NCBI GenBank assembly: GCA_016703605.1
Contig: JADJBU010000008.1
Location: 91,819 to 155,818 of the forward strand
DNA: 64,000 nucleotides
Reading direction: 5' to 3'
Source of the DNA: Candidatus Villigracilis adiacens
GTDB taxonomy: Bacteria > Chloroflexota > Anaerolineae > Anaerolineales > Villigracilaceae
The position numbers and the translations under genes were made by a program. The notes under the pieces were generated by a model, which saw nothing but the letters and a program-made list of their open reading frames with translations, ran no database searches and had not been told where the DNA came from. This document shows, piece after piece, positions 43,147-52,145 of this stretch (the stretch's first letter is position 1; each line of letters opens with the position of its first letter).

Positions 43147-44649
43147 ATGACCCTTTCGCTTCTTTCCCGTACCAAAACCTGGTCCATCCCCTTCATCCTT
43201 CTCCTCACCCTGGGCGGACTCCTCCGACTCCTCGACCTGACTGACCCTCCACTCGACTTTCATACTTCGCGTCAACTTCGCAACTCGCTGGTCGCGCGCG
43301 AGATCTATTACAACGCCCTTCCCTCCGCCACCGAGGAACAACGTCAGCTTGCAGCATCCTTTGCTAACTCGGTGGGGAAATATGAACCGCCCGTCATTGA
43401 AACCATTGTCGCTTATTCCTACTTCCTGACCGGCGGCGAGAACATCGCCGTTGCCCGCGTCTGGGTGACCATCTTCTGGCTCGCGGCAGGAGTTGCCCTG
43501 TTCGATCTCATGCGCCGTGTGGCATCCCCTTGGGCGGCGTTGGTCGCCCTGGCGTATTATTTCGTCCTGCCATTTTCCGTCGAAGTCAGCCGTTCCTTCC
43601 AACCAGACCCATTGATGACTTCGGCATTTATCATCGGCGTTTATTTCCTCTACCGCTGGAGCGAGGATAGTTCCCCTCTTCTCGCAGGGACGAATTCCAC
43701 GTGGAAGTGGGCGATCCTTGCAGGTGTGTTTCTTGGGTTTGCCACTTTCGTAAAGGTCATCATTGCCTTCATGGTGGGAGCCGCCGCGATTGCTCTAGTT
43801 CTTTTTACTCTCGGCAAAGATTTCTGGAAATCGAAACAAGTATGGGCGATGGCTACCATCATGGTCACCCCGGCGTTGCTGTTCTATGTAGTGCTCAGCT
43901 CCGGGCGTTCCACTGAATATTTCTTTGCATGGACGGTCGCGCTGATGAAGCTCATCACCAGCACCGATTTTTATACCAAGTGGCTGGCGTTCCTCGGCAC
44001 GCTCTTCGGCTTGACCATTCTCTTCCTCGGCATTGCAGGCGCGCTCATCGCTCCTTCACGTATGCGCTGGCTGCTCGTCAGTTTGTGGATCGGTTATCTG
44101 CTGTATGGGCTCACGTTGCCATTTCAGATGTACACACACAGTTATTATCACATTCAACTCATCCCACTCATTGCGCTGGGACTCGCTGTCGTGTTGAATC
44201 CGCTCACTGAAAGTGTGGCAGGCATGGGCGGAGTCGGACGCGTGGGTTTCATCGCATTGGTCGTGGCTGTCATTGGGTATCAAGCCTATGCGGCGCGGTC
44301 CGTTCTCGTGGCTGAAAGCTTCCGTCATGAGCCTGCATTTTGGAATGAAGTGGGCGAAGCCTTCCCATCGGATGCGAAGGTGATCGCGTTGACTCAGGAT
44401 TACGGCTACCGCCTGATGCTTTACGGCTGGCGCAAAGTGGATTTGTGGCCCCTCGCCACCGAGTTGAGCGCGGAACGCAACCCCGATAAAGACAACGCCG
44501 CGCAGTTCGATGAATTGACTGAAGGCAAGGATTATTTTCTCGTCACCGCGTTTGGGCAATTGGAGAAACAGCCCGGGTTGAAAAAGATTTTAGATACCTA
44601 TCCCATCGCTTTTGAAGGCGAAGGATTCATTCTTTACGATTTACGATAA
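43147..44649 (+). CDS. ArnT/PMT (GT39/83-like) GT-C glycosyltransferase
   Basis: DFHTSRQ loop, EPPVIE, SRSFQPDPLM, ATFVK, HSYYH. Confidence 0.8.
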   Translation: MTLSLLSRTKTWSIPFILLLTLGGLLRLLDLTDPPLDFHTSRQLRNSLVAREIYYNALPSATEEQRQLAASFANSVGKYEPPVIETIVAYSYFLTGGENIAVARVWVTIFWLAAGVALFDLMRRVASPWAALVALAYYFVLPFSVEVSRSFQPDPLMTSAFIIGVYFLYRWSEDSSPLLAGTNSTWKWAILAGVFLGFATFVKVIIAFMVGAAAIALVLFTLGKDFWKSKQVWAMATIMVTPALLFYVVLSSGRSTEYFFAWTVALMKLITSTDFYTKWLAFLGTLFGLTILFLGIAGALIAPSRMRWLLVSLWIGYLLYGLTLPFQMYTHSYYHIQLIPLIALGLAVVLNPLTESVAGMGGVGRVGFIALVVAVIGYQAYAARSVLVAESFRHEPAFWNEVGEAFPSDAKVIALTQDYGYRLMLYGWRKVDLWPLATELSAERNPDKDNAAQFDELTEGKDYFLVTAFGQLEKQPGLKKILDTYPIAFEGEGFILYDLR

Positions 44650-44651
44650 AC

Positions 44652-44677
44652 GTAGGGGCGACCCTTGCGGTCGCCCT
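44652..44677 (+). repeat. GTAG-REP
   Basis: GTAG-GGGCGACC-CTTGC-GGTCGCCC. Confidence 0.75.
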
Positions 44678-44690
44678 TTGTATTACAACC

Positions 44691-45635
44691 ATGACCCTCG
44701 TTTCCATCATCACCCCCTCGTACAACCAAGCCAAATATCTTGAGCAGACGATTCTCTCTGTCTTGAATCAAGATCATCCACGCATCGAATACATCGTCAT
44801 GGACGGTGCTTCCACGGACGGCAGTGTGGACATTATCAAGAAGTATGCTGGGAGATTGGTACATTGGGAATCAGAAAAAGATAAAGGGCAAGCAGACGCC
44901 ATCAACAAAGGATTTGCGCGTGCGACCGGTGAGATCATTGCATGGCTAAACTCGGATGATTACTACCTGCCCGGAACGATTCGCACCGTGGTAAAAGTAT
45001 TTGAAGAAAACCCCGATGTCGTTTTGGTTTATGGAAATATGCTCGCTGTGGACGAGAACGGCAAGACGTTCAATACCTTGAATTATAAACAATTAACTCT
45101 CGAAGATTTATTGTGTTTCCAGATCATCGGTCAGCCTGCCGTGTTCATGCGTCGTTCTGCGTTGCAAAAAACGGACGGTCTGGACTCTACTTTCCACTTT
45201 CTACTCGACCATCTCTTATGGATTCAAATCGCCAAACATGGGCGCATTCTGCATATCGACCAAACCTGGTCTGCGGCGCGTTACCATGCCGAGGCAAAGA
45301 ACGTCGCCAAAGCCGCCGAGTTTGGGCGTGAAGCTTTTCGTATTTTGGAAACCATCGCACAGGATAAAGACCTGGCTGCCACATTGCTGAAAATAGATCG
45401 CCGCGCGCACGCCTCTGCCTTCCGAGTGGATGCGCGTTATCTGCTCGATGGTGGGTTACCAGGTAAAGCATTGCAAGCATGGTTCCGCGCCTTGCTTATC
45501 TATCCGCCGGTGGCGTTGAAGCGCATGAATATTTTTGTGTCGGCGATTTTGAATTTGCTGGGACTGGGGAAATTACGCGAGATGATTTTGAAGCGAAGAA
45601 AAAAGAATATTAAACCAGGTGACAGTCACCTTTAA
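44691..45635 (+). CDS. Glycosyltransferase family 2
   Basis: VSIITPSYNQ, VMDGASTDG, WLNSDD. Confidence 0.93.
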   Translation: MTLVSIITPSYNQAKYLEQTILSVLNQDHPRIEYIVMDGASTDGSVDIIKKYAGRLVHWESEKDKGQADAINKGFARATGEIIAWLNSDDYYLPGTIRTVVKVFEENPDVVLVYGNMLAVDENGKTFNTLNYKQLTLEDLLCFQIIGQPAVFMRRSALQKTDGLDSTFHFLLDHLLWIQIAKHGRILHIDQTWSAARYHAEAKNVAKAAEFGREAFRILETIAQDKDLAATLLKIDRRAHASAFRVDARYLLDGGLPGKALQAWFRALLIYPPVALKRMNIFVSAILNLLGLGKLREMILKRRKKNIKPGDSHL

Positions 45636-45645
45636 GGTGACTGTC
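45621..45645. repeat. GACAGTC hairpin (likely bidirectional terminator)
   Basis: GACAGTCACCTT-T-AAGGTGACTGTC followed by a T-run. Confidence 0.7.
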
Positions 45646-45650
45646 CTTTT

Positions 45651-46589
45651 TTATTCAGGGATCGTCAACCGCGTCTTCGGCGGGATTTGTCCGCTGGCGT
45701 AAAAACTGCGGTTGGCGTTGACATAATGTGGGAAATCTTCTGTCCATGCGCGGCGTGTGTCGTAACCGAACAACTCAACGTATGCCATGAACAAGTCTGC
45801 ATTTTGGGCGGCGAAGTAATGCGGGTTGCGGAAGAACATCTCGAGATAGCCCGCCGCGAATTCACCGTCATTTTGAAAGACATACGGATGCCCAACCGGA
45901 ATCGGCTGGGAAAAATCTCCAGATTGGCGAGACAGGTAGCGCGTTAGTTCGAGGCGTTTGCCTTGGAGGAAGAGAATCCGCGCTTGAGGGGTGAAGATGT
46001 CGCCGTCGCTGACTCTTAATCCGGGGTACAGTCCCTCGCCTCGTTTCATGGACCCGGAGCCTGAGTCGAACGCATCGAGCATGTGACCCAGCTCATGCAA
46101 GAACGGACACACGCCGGGCGTGGCTTGATTGAAGCCTTCGAACAGGCGCGACATGACGAGTTGAATGCATTCGCGGGCCGGGTTGTAACATCCGCCAGAT
46201 ACGCCGCCATCTTGCTGAAAGGCTTCGGGCGTGGTGTAGAGTTGAAAGTGGCGCGGACTGGACAGAAAACGCGCAAGGATGTCGCGCCGGAAGAAGAAAA
46301 CTTCGACAAGATGCCCCGCCACGAGATGCCGCACAGACGCAGGCATTTGCGTTGTGAGATTCATTCTATTCGCGCCGATGAGTTGCAGGTCAAAGTTGGG
46401 GTGATGTGCAATGTGTTGAACGAGTTGATAAAACGAATCAGCGTCGTCAAGGATGCGCACGATGGGGAAGTAACGATCAAGTGCCCGTAGATCGCCTGTG
46501 GAGTCAAAGGTCAACGCCGCGGCTTGCGGACGGCATTGTCCGTTTGTGAGTGAGTCGAATTTGGCGGAGGCGGATTGAAGGTGGGACAT
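45651..46589 (-). CDS. Zinc-dependent peptidase (M90/MtfA-like)
   Basis: LHELGHMLD (HExxH), EFAAGYLEMFFRNP. Confidence 0.7.
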   Translation of the reverse strand: MSHLQSASAKFDSLTNGQCRPQAAALTFDSTGDLRALDRYFPIVRILDDADSFYQLVQHIAHHPNFDLQLIGANRMNLTTQMPASVRHLVAGHLVEVFFFRRDILARFLSSPRHFQLYTTPEAFQQDGGVSGGCYNPARECIQLVMSRLFEGFNQATPGVCPFLHELGHMLDAFDSGSGSMKRGEGLYPGLRVSDGDIFTPQARILFLQGKRLELTRYLSRQSGDFSQPIPVGHPYVFQNDGEFAAGYLEMFFRNPHYFAAQNADLFMAYVELFGYDTRRAWTEDFPHYVNANRSFYASGQIPPKTRLTIPE

Positions 46590-46633
46590 TTTTTGCTTAT
46601 CACCCTGAGTGGCGAAGGGCGCCACTCAGGGTG

Positions 46634-46750
46634 CATATTTATTCGGCTGGCAGCATTTTCCTGGCGAGTTCTAAAGCCTGAAATAGTTTGGTCGGACTTT
46701 GTGAAAGTTTCATGCGTTTCTGGTGAAAAAAGATTTATATAGTCCGCCAT
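46634..46750 (-). pseudogene. N-terminal remnant of a probable EVE-domain protein, truncated at a hairpin element
   Basis: MADYINLFSPETHETFTKSDQTISGFRTRQENAASRI, then the frame runs into the hairpin at 46601-46633; family identity from recall. Confidence 0.5.
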
Positions 46751-46995
46751 TTAATTCCGGTTTTCAAGATTATACCTTTCCCTGATGTGCAAGCAAAGGT
46801 TGTCAATGTGGACTGCAAAATCTCCCGATTTTGCTCGAAAGTCGGGAGATGCCGCCACGGCGTCACTCTGCGCCGCTTTCGACTCCGTGCCTGGCATGTT
46901 TTGCTTGCGCACTTTTCCCGCCATTCGATTCTCCTCTTACAAACATGCGTTAAAATACTCCAGGTTTAACAAAAAAAATTATGACGGAGGTCTCA

Positions 46996-47358
46996 ATGCA
47001 ATCCCCTGAAAAACCAACCCGCCTCGGAACGATCTCTTTTGCCCTCGCTGTTTTGGTCATCGTCATCTGGTGCGTTTACTTCATCGTCTTTGCCGCCACA
47101 ACGGAAGGCGGCTTTAACTTTGGGGCAGATGCCGAAACTGCCGGATATATGGTTGTGCTTGGCGGCAGCCTGGTCATGGGAGTTTTAACCGTTCTGATCA
47201 CGCTGGCGGGAGTCATCACGGGCATCCTTGCCTTGCGAAATAAAGACCCAAAACGGGCGCTTGCCATCAGCGGTATCCTTCTTAACTTCCTGTGCCTTGC
47301 CCCGTACTGCCTCCTTTTGATTTTCATCGCCGTTTCCGGCATGTCGTTCGGCCCGTAA
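46996..47358 (+). CDS. Small 3-TM membrane protein
   Basis: GGAGG RBS; GILALRNKDPKRALAISGIL. Confidence 0.55.
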   Translation: MQSPEKPTRLGTISFALAVLVIVIWCVYFIVFAATTEGGFNFGADAETAGYMVVLGGSLVMGVLTVLITLAGVITGILALRNKDPKRALAISGILLNFLCLAPYCLLLIFIAVSGMSFGP

Positions 47359-47427
47359 TCCTTTGTCATGAAATTGCATAGTTTGCACTCGGCGCTATCC
47401 GGTACAGTGTAGCAACGGAGGCAGGCC

Positions 47428-47742
47428 ATGTACATCTTTCAAGTCCACCACTACATTAAACCCGAGGGCATCGAAGCCTACAAAGCGGTCACCCTGGAAA
47501 ACGCGCAAAAGACCCGCCTCGAACCGGGCGTGTTGCGTTTTGAATTCTTTCAGGACGCTGCAGACCCGGCGCACTTCAGCCTGTTTGAAGTCTACGCCGA
47601 TATGGCTGCGCGTGACGACCACCTGCAAACCCAGCATTTTCTAAAATGGAAGGATGTCTATCTTGCCACGCAGGCGCGCAAAGGCGAAGGGCATGAATTT
47701 ATTGCAGTGTATCCAGAAGAAGGGGATTGGAAAAAGGTCTAG
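47428..47742 (+). CDS. Antibiotic biosynthesis monooxygenase (LsrG/YgiN-like)
   Basis: EPGVLRFEF..FSLFEVY..HLQTQHF..W. Confidence 0.85.
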   Translation: MYIFQVHHYIKPEGIEAYKAVTLENAQKTRLEPGVLRFEFFQDAADPAHFSLFEVYADMAARDDHLQTQHFLKWKDVYLATQARKGEGHEFIAVYPEEGDWKKV

Positions 47743-48710
47743 CGCGCCAATTCCACAACCAGCGTATCGAGAGCCAGGTCCAGCGCGATCTGGCTTCTTT
47801 TTACCTGCTCATCGATCCTAAGCAAACGGCGGTAAATACCTTCGAGCGCATCCATCGAAAAACGGCTCGCCTGCCCGGTGGTTTTCTCCGCCACGAAGGG
47901 ATGCACACCCAGCGCGCGCGCCACATCGTCTTTGTTCCCGCGTCCGTCCAAAATCTCGCGCGCCTGAATCAGCAAACGGAACTGGCGCACGACCATGCCC
48001 CACAGCGAGAACGCCTCTTCGTTTTCAAGCAGCCGATGCAATAACCTTTGAGCGACTTTGGCATTGCCCTGCGACAGGGCGTCCACGAAGTCGAACACGC
48101 TTTGCTGGGAGGTGACGATACAAACCGCCTCCACATCGGATCCGCGAACGGGTCGCTCCCAGTTGACATATGCCAGCAGTTTGGAGAGTTCCATGCCCGC
48201 CTGGCGGGTATCCACACCCACCATTTCGGCGAGCTTGGCGGCGGCGGCTGGTTCGATCTGTCCCTTTTGATTTCTGGCTTCGTTGATGATCCAGCCGGGC
48301 ATGTCGCGCTGCTGCGGCAGGAAAAATGCCTGGGCTTTGACGAGCGTCTTGTTCTTCTCCGCCCATTTCACCAGCCAGTGTTTCTCGGCTTCCTTCGGTT
48401 TTTCCACCGTGTCGTACAAAACGACCTTTGCTGTGTCGGGCGCCTTCTCCAGAAACTCTTGAAACTTCTTGCGGGCGTCCGGTTTATTGAATTTGGTTGA
48501 CGGGTATGCTATGAAGACCAGCCGCTTCGGCGCGAGGAAGGGCATGGCGTTGACCGCGTTGTTGAGATCGTTCTCGGTCATCGTCCGCGCTTCGAGACGG
48601 GTCGTGTTCATGTCCGCAGTGGTGGGGTCGCTGAACTCTGACTCGAAATCCTTGAGCTTGCGAGCAATGGCAAATTCGTCGTTGCCGTAGAGGAGGGAGA
48701 TGTTTGGCAT
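47739..48710 (-). CDS. holA: DNA polymerase III delta subunit
   Basis: LLYGNDEF, AMPFLAPKRLV, ELSKL, VFDFVDAL, GVHPFVAEK. Confidence 0.9.
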   Translation of the reverse strand: MPNISLLYGNDEFAIARKLKDFESEFSDPTTADMNTTRLEARTMTENDLNNAVNAMPFLAPKRLVFIAYPSTKFNKPDARKKFQEFLEKAPDTAKVVLYDTVEKPKEAEKHWLVKWAEKNKTLVKAQAFFLPQQRDMPGWIINEARNQKGQIEPAAAAKLAEMVGVDTRQAGMELSKLLAYVNWERPVRGSDVEAVCIVTSQQSVFDFVDALSQGNAKVAQRLLHRLLENEEAFSLWGMVVRQFRLLIQAREILDGRGNKDDVARALGVHPFVAEKTTGQASRFSMDALEGIYRRLLRIDEQVKRSQIALDLALDTLVVELAR

Positions 48711-48754
48711 TTCGGAAGGATGAATTAGGAATGATGAAAAGAAGAAAGATGGGG

Positions 48755-49243
48755 TTATTTTGTGACGACTCGATGAACGCCCTTGCGGACGGGCACAATA
48801 TCCACGATCTGCATATTACCCAAATCTGCCTCGGTGGTGACGTGTTTCTGGAGCCACGGTCCGAGCGGACGGCTGAGTTGGTAACCTGCGATGGCAAAGA
48901 GCAAGGCGAACGGGATGAGCAGAATCCGCCACAGCGTAGACTTCGTTCCCCGCAGCGGCATCCAGGCGAAGGTCCCGGCGAGAAGCGCGGTGGTCGCCAT
49001 GTTGGTCCCGCAGCCCGGGTGGACCGCCAATCCGCTTTCACCGGAATTGAGTCGTGTATGCGCTTCGGTTGCAGATTCCCGGATTTCCTGCGCCGTCAGG
49101 TTGCCGAGCAGAAAAAAGCCGGTCGGGTTGGAATGTCCCGCCATGCGTTTGCCCGGATGTTTATGCGCGAGCAAATGGATGGTGGCATGTTCGAGCGCAT
49201 GGTTGCGCCGGGTTTCGAGAATGAGGGGGAGGTTGAGAAGCAT
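48755..49243 (-). CDS. DUF6391-like membrane-associated protein
   Basis: RRNHALEHATIH, LAVHPGCGTN; family name from recall. Confidence 0.6.
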   Translation of the reverse strand: MLLNLPLILETRRNHALEHATIHLLAHKHPGKRMAGHSNPTGFFLLGNLTAQEIRESATEAHTRLNSGESGLAVHPGCGTNMATTALLAGTFAWMPLRGTKSTLWRILLIPFALLFAIAGYQLSRPLGPWLQKHVTTEADLGNMQIVDIVPVRKGVHRVVTK

Positions 49244-49260
49244 AGTTTGATTATAAAGTA

Positions 49261-49299
49261 AGACCTGGCAGTCGCGCTGACAGCGCGACTGTCAGGTCT
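49261..49299. repeat. AGACCTG...CAGGTCT hairpin
   Basis: AGACCTGGCAGTCGCGCTG-A-CAGCGCGACTGTCAGGTCT. Confidence 0.7.
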
Positions 49300-50263
49300 G
49301 CATAATGGGTGAGTCGTAAATAGTTTCGAGCAGTTCCAAAAACTCAGCCGACGGGCGCGAACGGAGAATTTCGCGGCGCTCGTCGCGGGTGAGATGATTC
49401 ATCATCACATATTGCACGGCATTTTTGCGGAAGAGGCGCGAACCGTCTTCGTCGCCGTAGAATTCGACGCTGCGGGCGAGATGCTTGCGGATGGTCTCCT
49501 TGACCATCTCCGGCGGGACCTGGTCGCGGTCGAGACGGGAAAATATCCACGGGTTGGGGATCGCGCCGCGCCCGATCATGACGGCATCCACGCTGGCATG
49601 AGCTTTCAAACGGTCTATATCGGCGACGGTTTTCAAATCACCGCTGCCGATGACGGGAATCTTCACCAGCGATTTGACTTCGGCAATCGCATCCCAATCG
49701 GCATTCCCAGCATAGCGTTGTTCCTTCGTCCGTCCATGGACTGCAACCAACGAGCCGCCTTCTTCTTCGATAATGCGGGCGATGAGCTTGTAATTCTTGT
49801 TGCGGTCCCAGCCGAGGCGGATTTTGCCGGTGACTGGCACGCGTAAATGCTTGACGAGTTTGCGAAATGTCCGCGCGATGCGAAGCGGAGAAGGCATCAT
49901 GCCCACGCCCGCGCCGCGGTCTGCAATCGTCTTGGCAGGGCAGCCCATGTTGAGGTCGATCACATCGGGATTATTCTCCTGGATCTTTAGCGCGGCTTGC
50001 AGGATGAGGTCCGGGTCTTCGCCGTAAATTTGAAACGTGATCGGGCGCTCCGGTTCGGTGAAATACATCCGTTTGGCAGGCTGTTTGGATTTGCTGAGAA
50101 TTTTTTCGACCTTGATGAACTCGGTGTAACTCATGGCAGAGCCAAGTTCGCGGCAGAGCGAGCGGAAGGGCCAGTCGGAATACCCGTCCATCGGCGCGAG
50201 AATCGTGTCGCCGTAGATGGGTACATCGCGGATATGGAAGTTTGGCGTCTTGTTCTCAATCAT
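49292..50263 (-). CDS. dusB: tRNA-dihydrouridine synthase DusB
   Basis: LAPMDG, IDLNMGCP, KIRLGW, AVHGRT, VMIGRGA. Confidence 0.93.
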   Translation of the reverse strand: MIENKTPNFHIRDVPIYGDTILAPMDGYSDWPFRSLCRELGSAMSYTEFIKVEKILSKSKQPAKRMYFTEPERPITFQIYGEDPDLILQAALKIQENNPDVIDLNMGCPAKTIADRGAGVGMMPSPLRIARTFRKLVKHLRVPVTGKIRLGWDRNKNYKLIARIIEEEGGSLVAVHGRTKEQRYAGNADWDAIAEVKSLVKIPVIGSGDLKTVADIDRLKAHASVDAVMIGRGAIPNPWIFSRLDRDQVPPEMVKETIRKHLARSVEFYGDEDGSRLFRKNAVQYVMMNHLTRDERREILRSRPSAEFLELLETIYDSPIMQT

Positions 50264-50302
50264 AAGTTTAGAAAGTATAACAAACTATTTTCCCCATAAT
50301 TC

Positions 50303-50335
50303 AGGTGACAGTCACTTTCAAAGTGACTGTCACCT
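50303..50335. repeat. 33-nt GACAGTC hairpin
   Basis: AGGTGACAGTCACTTT-C-AAAGTGACTGTCACCT, perfect. Confidence 0.8.
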
Positions 50336-50342
50336 TTTTTAC

Positions 50343-50894
50343 TTAAGTTGCCTGTTTCCTCCACAAGTCCTGGTAGTGCTTGCGGAACTTGCTCACCTTC
50401 GGCGCAATGACCGCCATGCAATATGGCTGGTATTGATTGCGCGCGAAATATTCCTGGTGATAATCTTCGGCGATGTAAAAATCCTTCACCGGCTCCACCT
50501 CGGTGACGATGGGCTGGTCCCAAATCTTTTGCGCGTTCAATTCCGTAATCAGCGTTTCGGCGATCTCCTTTTGCTCCGGGGTATGATAGTAAATCCCTGA
50601 ACGATACTGCGGACCCACATCCGCGCCCTGACGGTTCAATGTGGTCGGATCGTGGATGCCGAAGAAGACATTCAAAATATCGCGGACGCCGATCACCGCG
50701 GGGTCGAACTTGACCTGCACCACCTCGGCATGACCCGAATCCCCGTTGCAGACCTGCCGATAGGTCGGATTCTTCAAATGCCCATTGGCATAACCAGAAT
50801 CCACAGACAGCACTCCCTTCACTTCATCGAAAACAGCCTCCAAACACCAGAAACATCCCCCCGCCAGCGTAATGGTTTCAACACCTGCGCTCAT
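50343..50894 (-). CDS. msrA: Peptide-methionine (S)-S-oxide reductase
   Basis: GGCFWC, GHAEVVQV, HDPT, QYRSGI, AEDYHQ. Confidence 0.96.
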   Translation of the reverse strand: MSAGVETITLAGGCFWCLEAVFDEVKGVLSVDSGYANGHLKNPTYRQVCNGDSGHAEVVQVKFDPAVIGVRDILNVFFGIHDPTTLNRQGADVGPQYRSGIYYHTPEQKEIAETLITELNAQKIWDQPIVTEVEPVKDFYIAEDYHQEYFARNQYQPYCMAVIAPKVSKFRKHYQDLWRKQAT

Positions 50895-51043
50895 AATAAA
50901 TTCTCCTTTTTGCCCTGCTTCAGCGGGCTGTAACAGATAGACGCAGCGTGAGCGAAAAATATTCTTAATCACAGGTAAAAGTTTTGGATGAAAACAAAAA
51001 GCCCGCCTCACGCGGACTTTGAGCTTGCTCAGCGCTTCGTGAC

Positions 51044-52096
51044 TTATCTCGTCCCTGAAAGCGTTACCAACCCACTCGTCACCTTGAGGCTCACCAACGC
51101 CAGACCCGGAGCCTGCCGTTCGATCTGCTCGCTGAGGGATTGGTTCAGCCATGCTTCCATTTGCGCGAGAAGCGCTGTTGGGACGACCTGCTGACCGACC
51201 TGCATCGACTCGATGCTGAGATATGGGTGTTTGTTCTCACCGATGACCAACTCGCTCACCACAAGGGCAGAGGTGGAATTTTCGCTGCCGGTGATCATGC
51301 CCCAAATCTGCACCTTTCCATCGCGGAGGTAAACCTGCACCTCGCTCAACGGCAGGTCGGGGTTGTTCTTCATCTCCAGCGCCAGCCAGGAGGAAATCTG
51401 CTGTTCGGTGATTGTGACCGATGTCATGCTCCCCGGCTGGGGCAGGCTGTTCGCCAGCATGTCCTTTGTCTCCATTGCCGCGCTATCCGAGGTAAGGATG
51501 CGGTCACCGGGGCGTTCGGGCGCGCCGTCCATGCCGCTGTTGGTATTTGCGACAGCGAAGCCAAGGAGGGCATCCACCAGCGGGGCGTATTCGGGATGAG
51601 ACTCGTTGATCTCCGCCCGGGTTTGTGGGGCGACATCGTCCGGGAGGGCGGCGTTATCGAAGACCGTGGGCGTGGCAACCGCAAAAATTTGCGCGACCTG
51701 CGAGCCGGGGTTGTTCCGCGCGAATGCAAAGGCGGTCGTCCCAAATAACAGGAGTCCCACCAGAGTCAACAAAGCGCCGCGCAAGACATTCCCTGCCCGG
51801 CTGGTCCTGGGTTTCTGGCTTTTTATTTGTTTCGGCAGCGGAAGGGTGGGGCTGATCGAAGCGCGCACCCGCACAATGGCAAGTTTGGCTTCGTCGTTAC
51901 GCGGGTTGATCTTCAAGACCCGCTCATAACATTCGATCTTGCGCTCTTTTTCCTCCACCACGCGGGCGAGGAGCATCCACGCGGCTTCATCGTCAGGGTA
52001 TGCGTTGAGAAGATCGGAAAGATACTTCTTCGCCAGTTCGCGGTTTCCGCGCTGGAAGGTGTAATCGGCTTGCTTTAAAAGTTCCTGTTTGTTCAT
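51044..52096 (-). CDS. TPR + TM + LmeA/DUF2993-like extracellular domain protein
   Basis: N-terminal TPR (AWMLLA..CYERVLKINPRN), one TM, beta-rich C-domain; start at 52096. Confidence 0.6.
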   Translation of the reverse strand: MNKQELLKQADYTFQRGNRELAKKYLSDLLNAYPDDEAAWMLLARVVEEKERKIECYERVLKINPRNDEAKLAIVRVRASISPTLPLPKQIKSQKPRTSRAGNVLRGALLTLVGLLLFGTTAFAFARNNPGSQVAQIFAVATPTVFDNAALPDDVAPQTRAEINESHPEYAPLVDALLGFAVANTNSGMDGAPERPGDRILTSDSAAMETKDMLANSLPQPGSMTSVTITEQQISSWLALEMKNNPDLPLSEVQVYLRDGKVQIWGMITGSENSTSALVVSELVIGENKHPYLSIESMQVGQQVVPTALLAQMEAWLNQSLSEQIERQAPGLALVSLKVTSGLVTLSGTR

Positions 52097-52103
52097 CTTG
52101 AAT

Positions 52104-52136
52104 AGACCTGACAGGTTTTTAAAACCTGTCAGGTCT
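52104..52136. repeat. 33-nt palindromic REP-like hairpin
   Basis: AGACCTGACAGGTTTT-T-AAAACCTGTCAGGTCT, perfect. Confidence 0.8.
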
Positions 52137-52145
52137 GAGTGGCTT

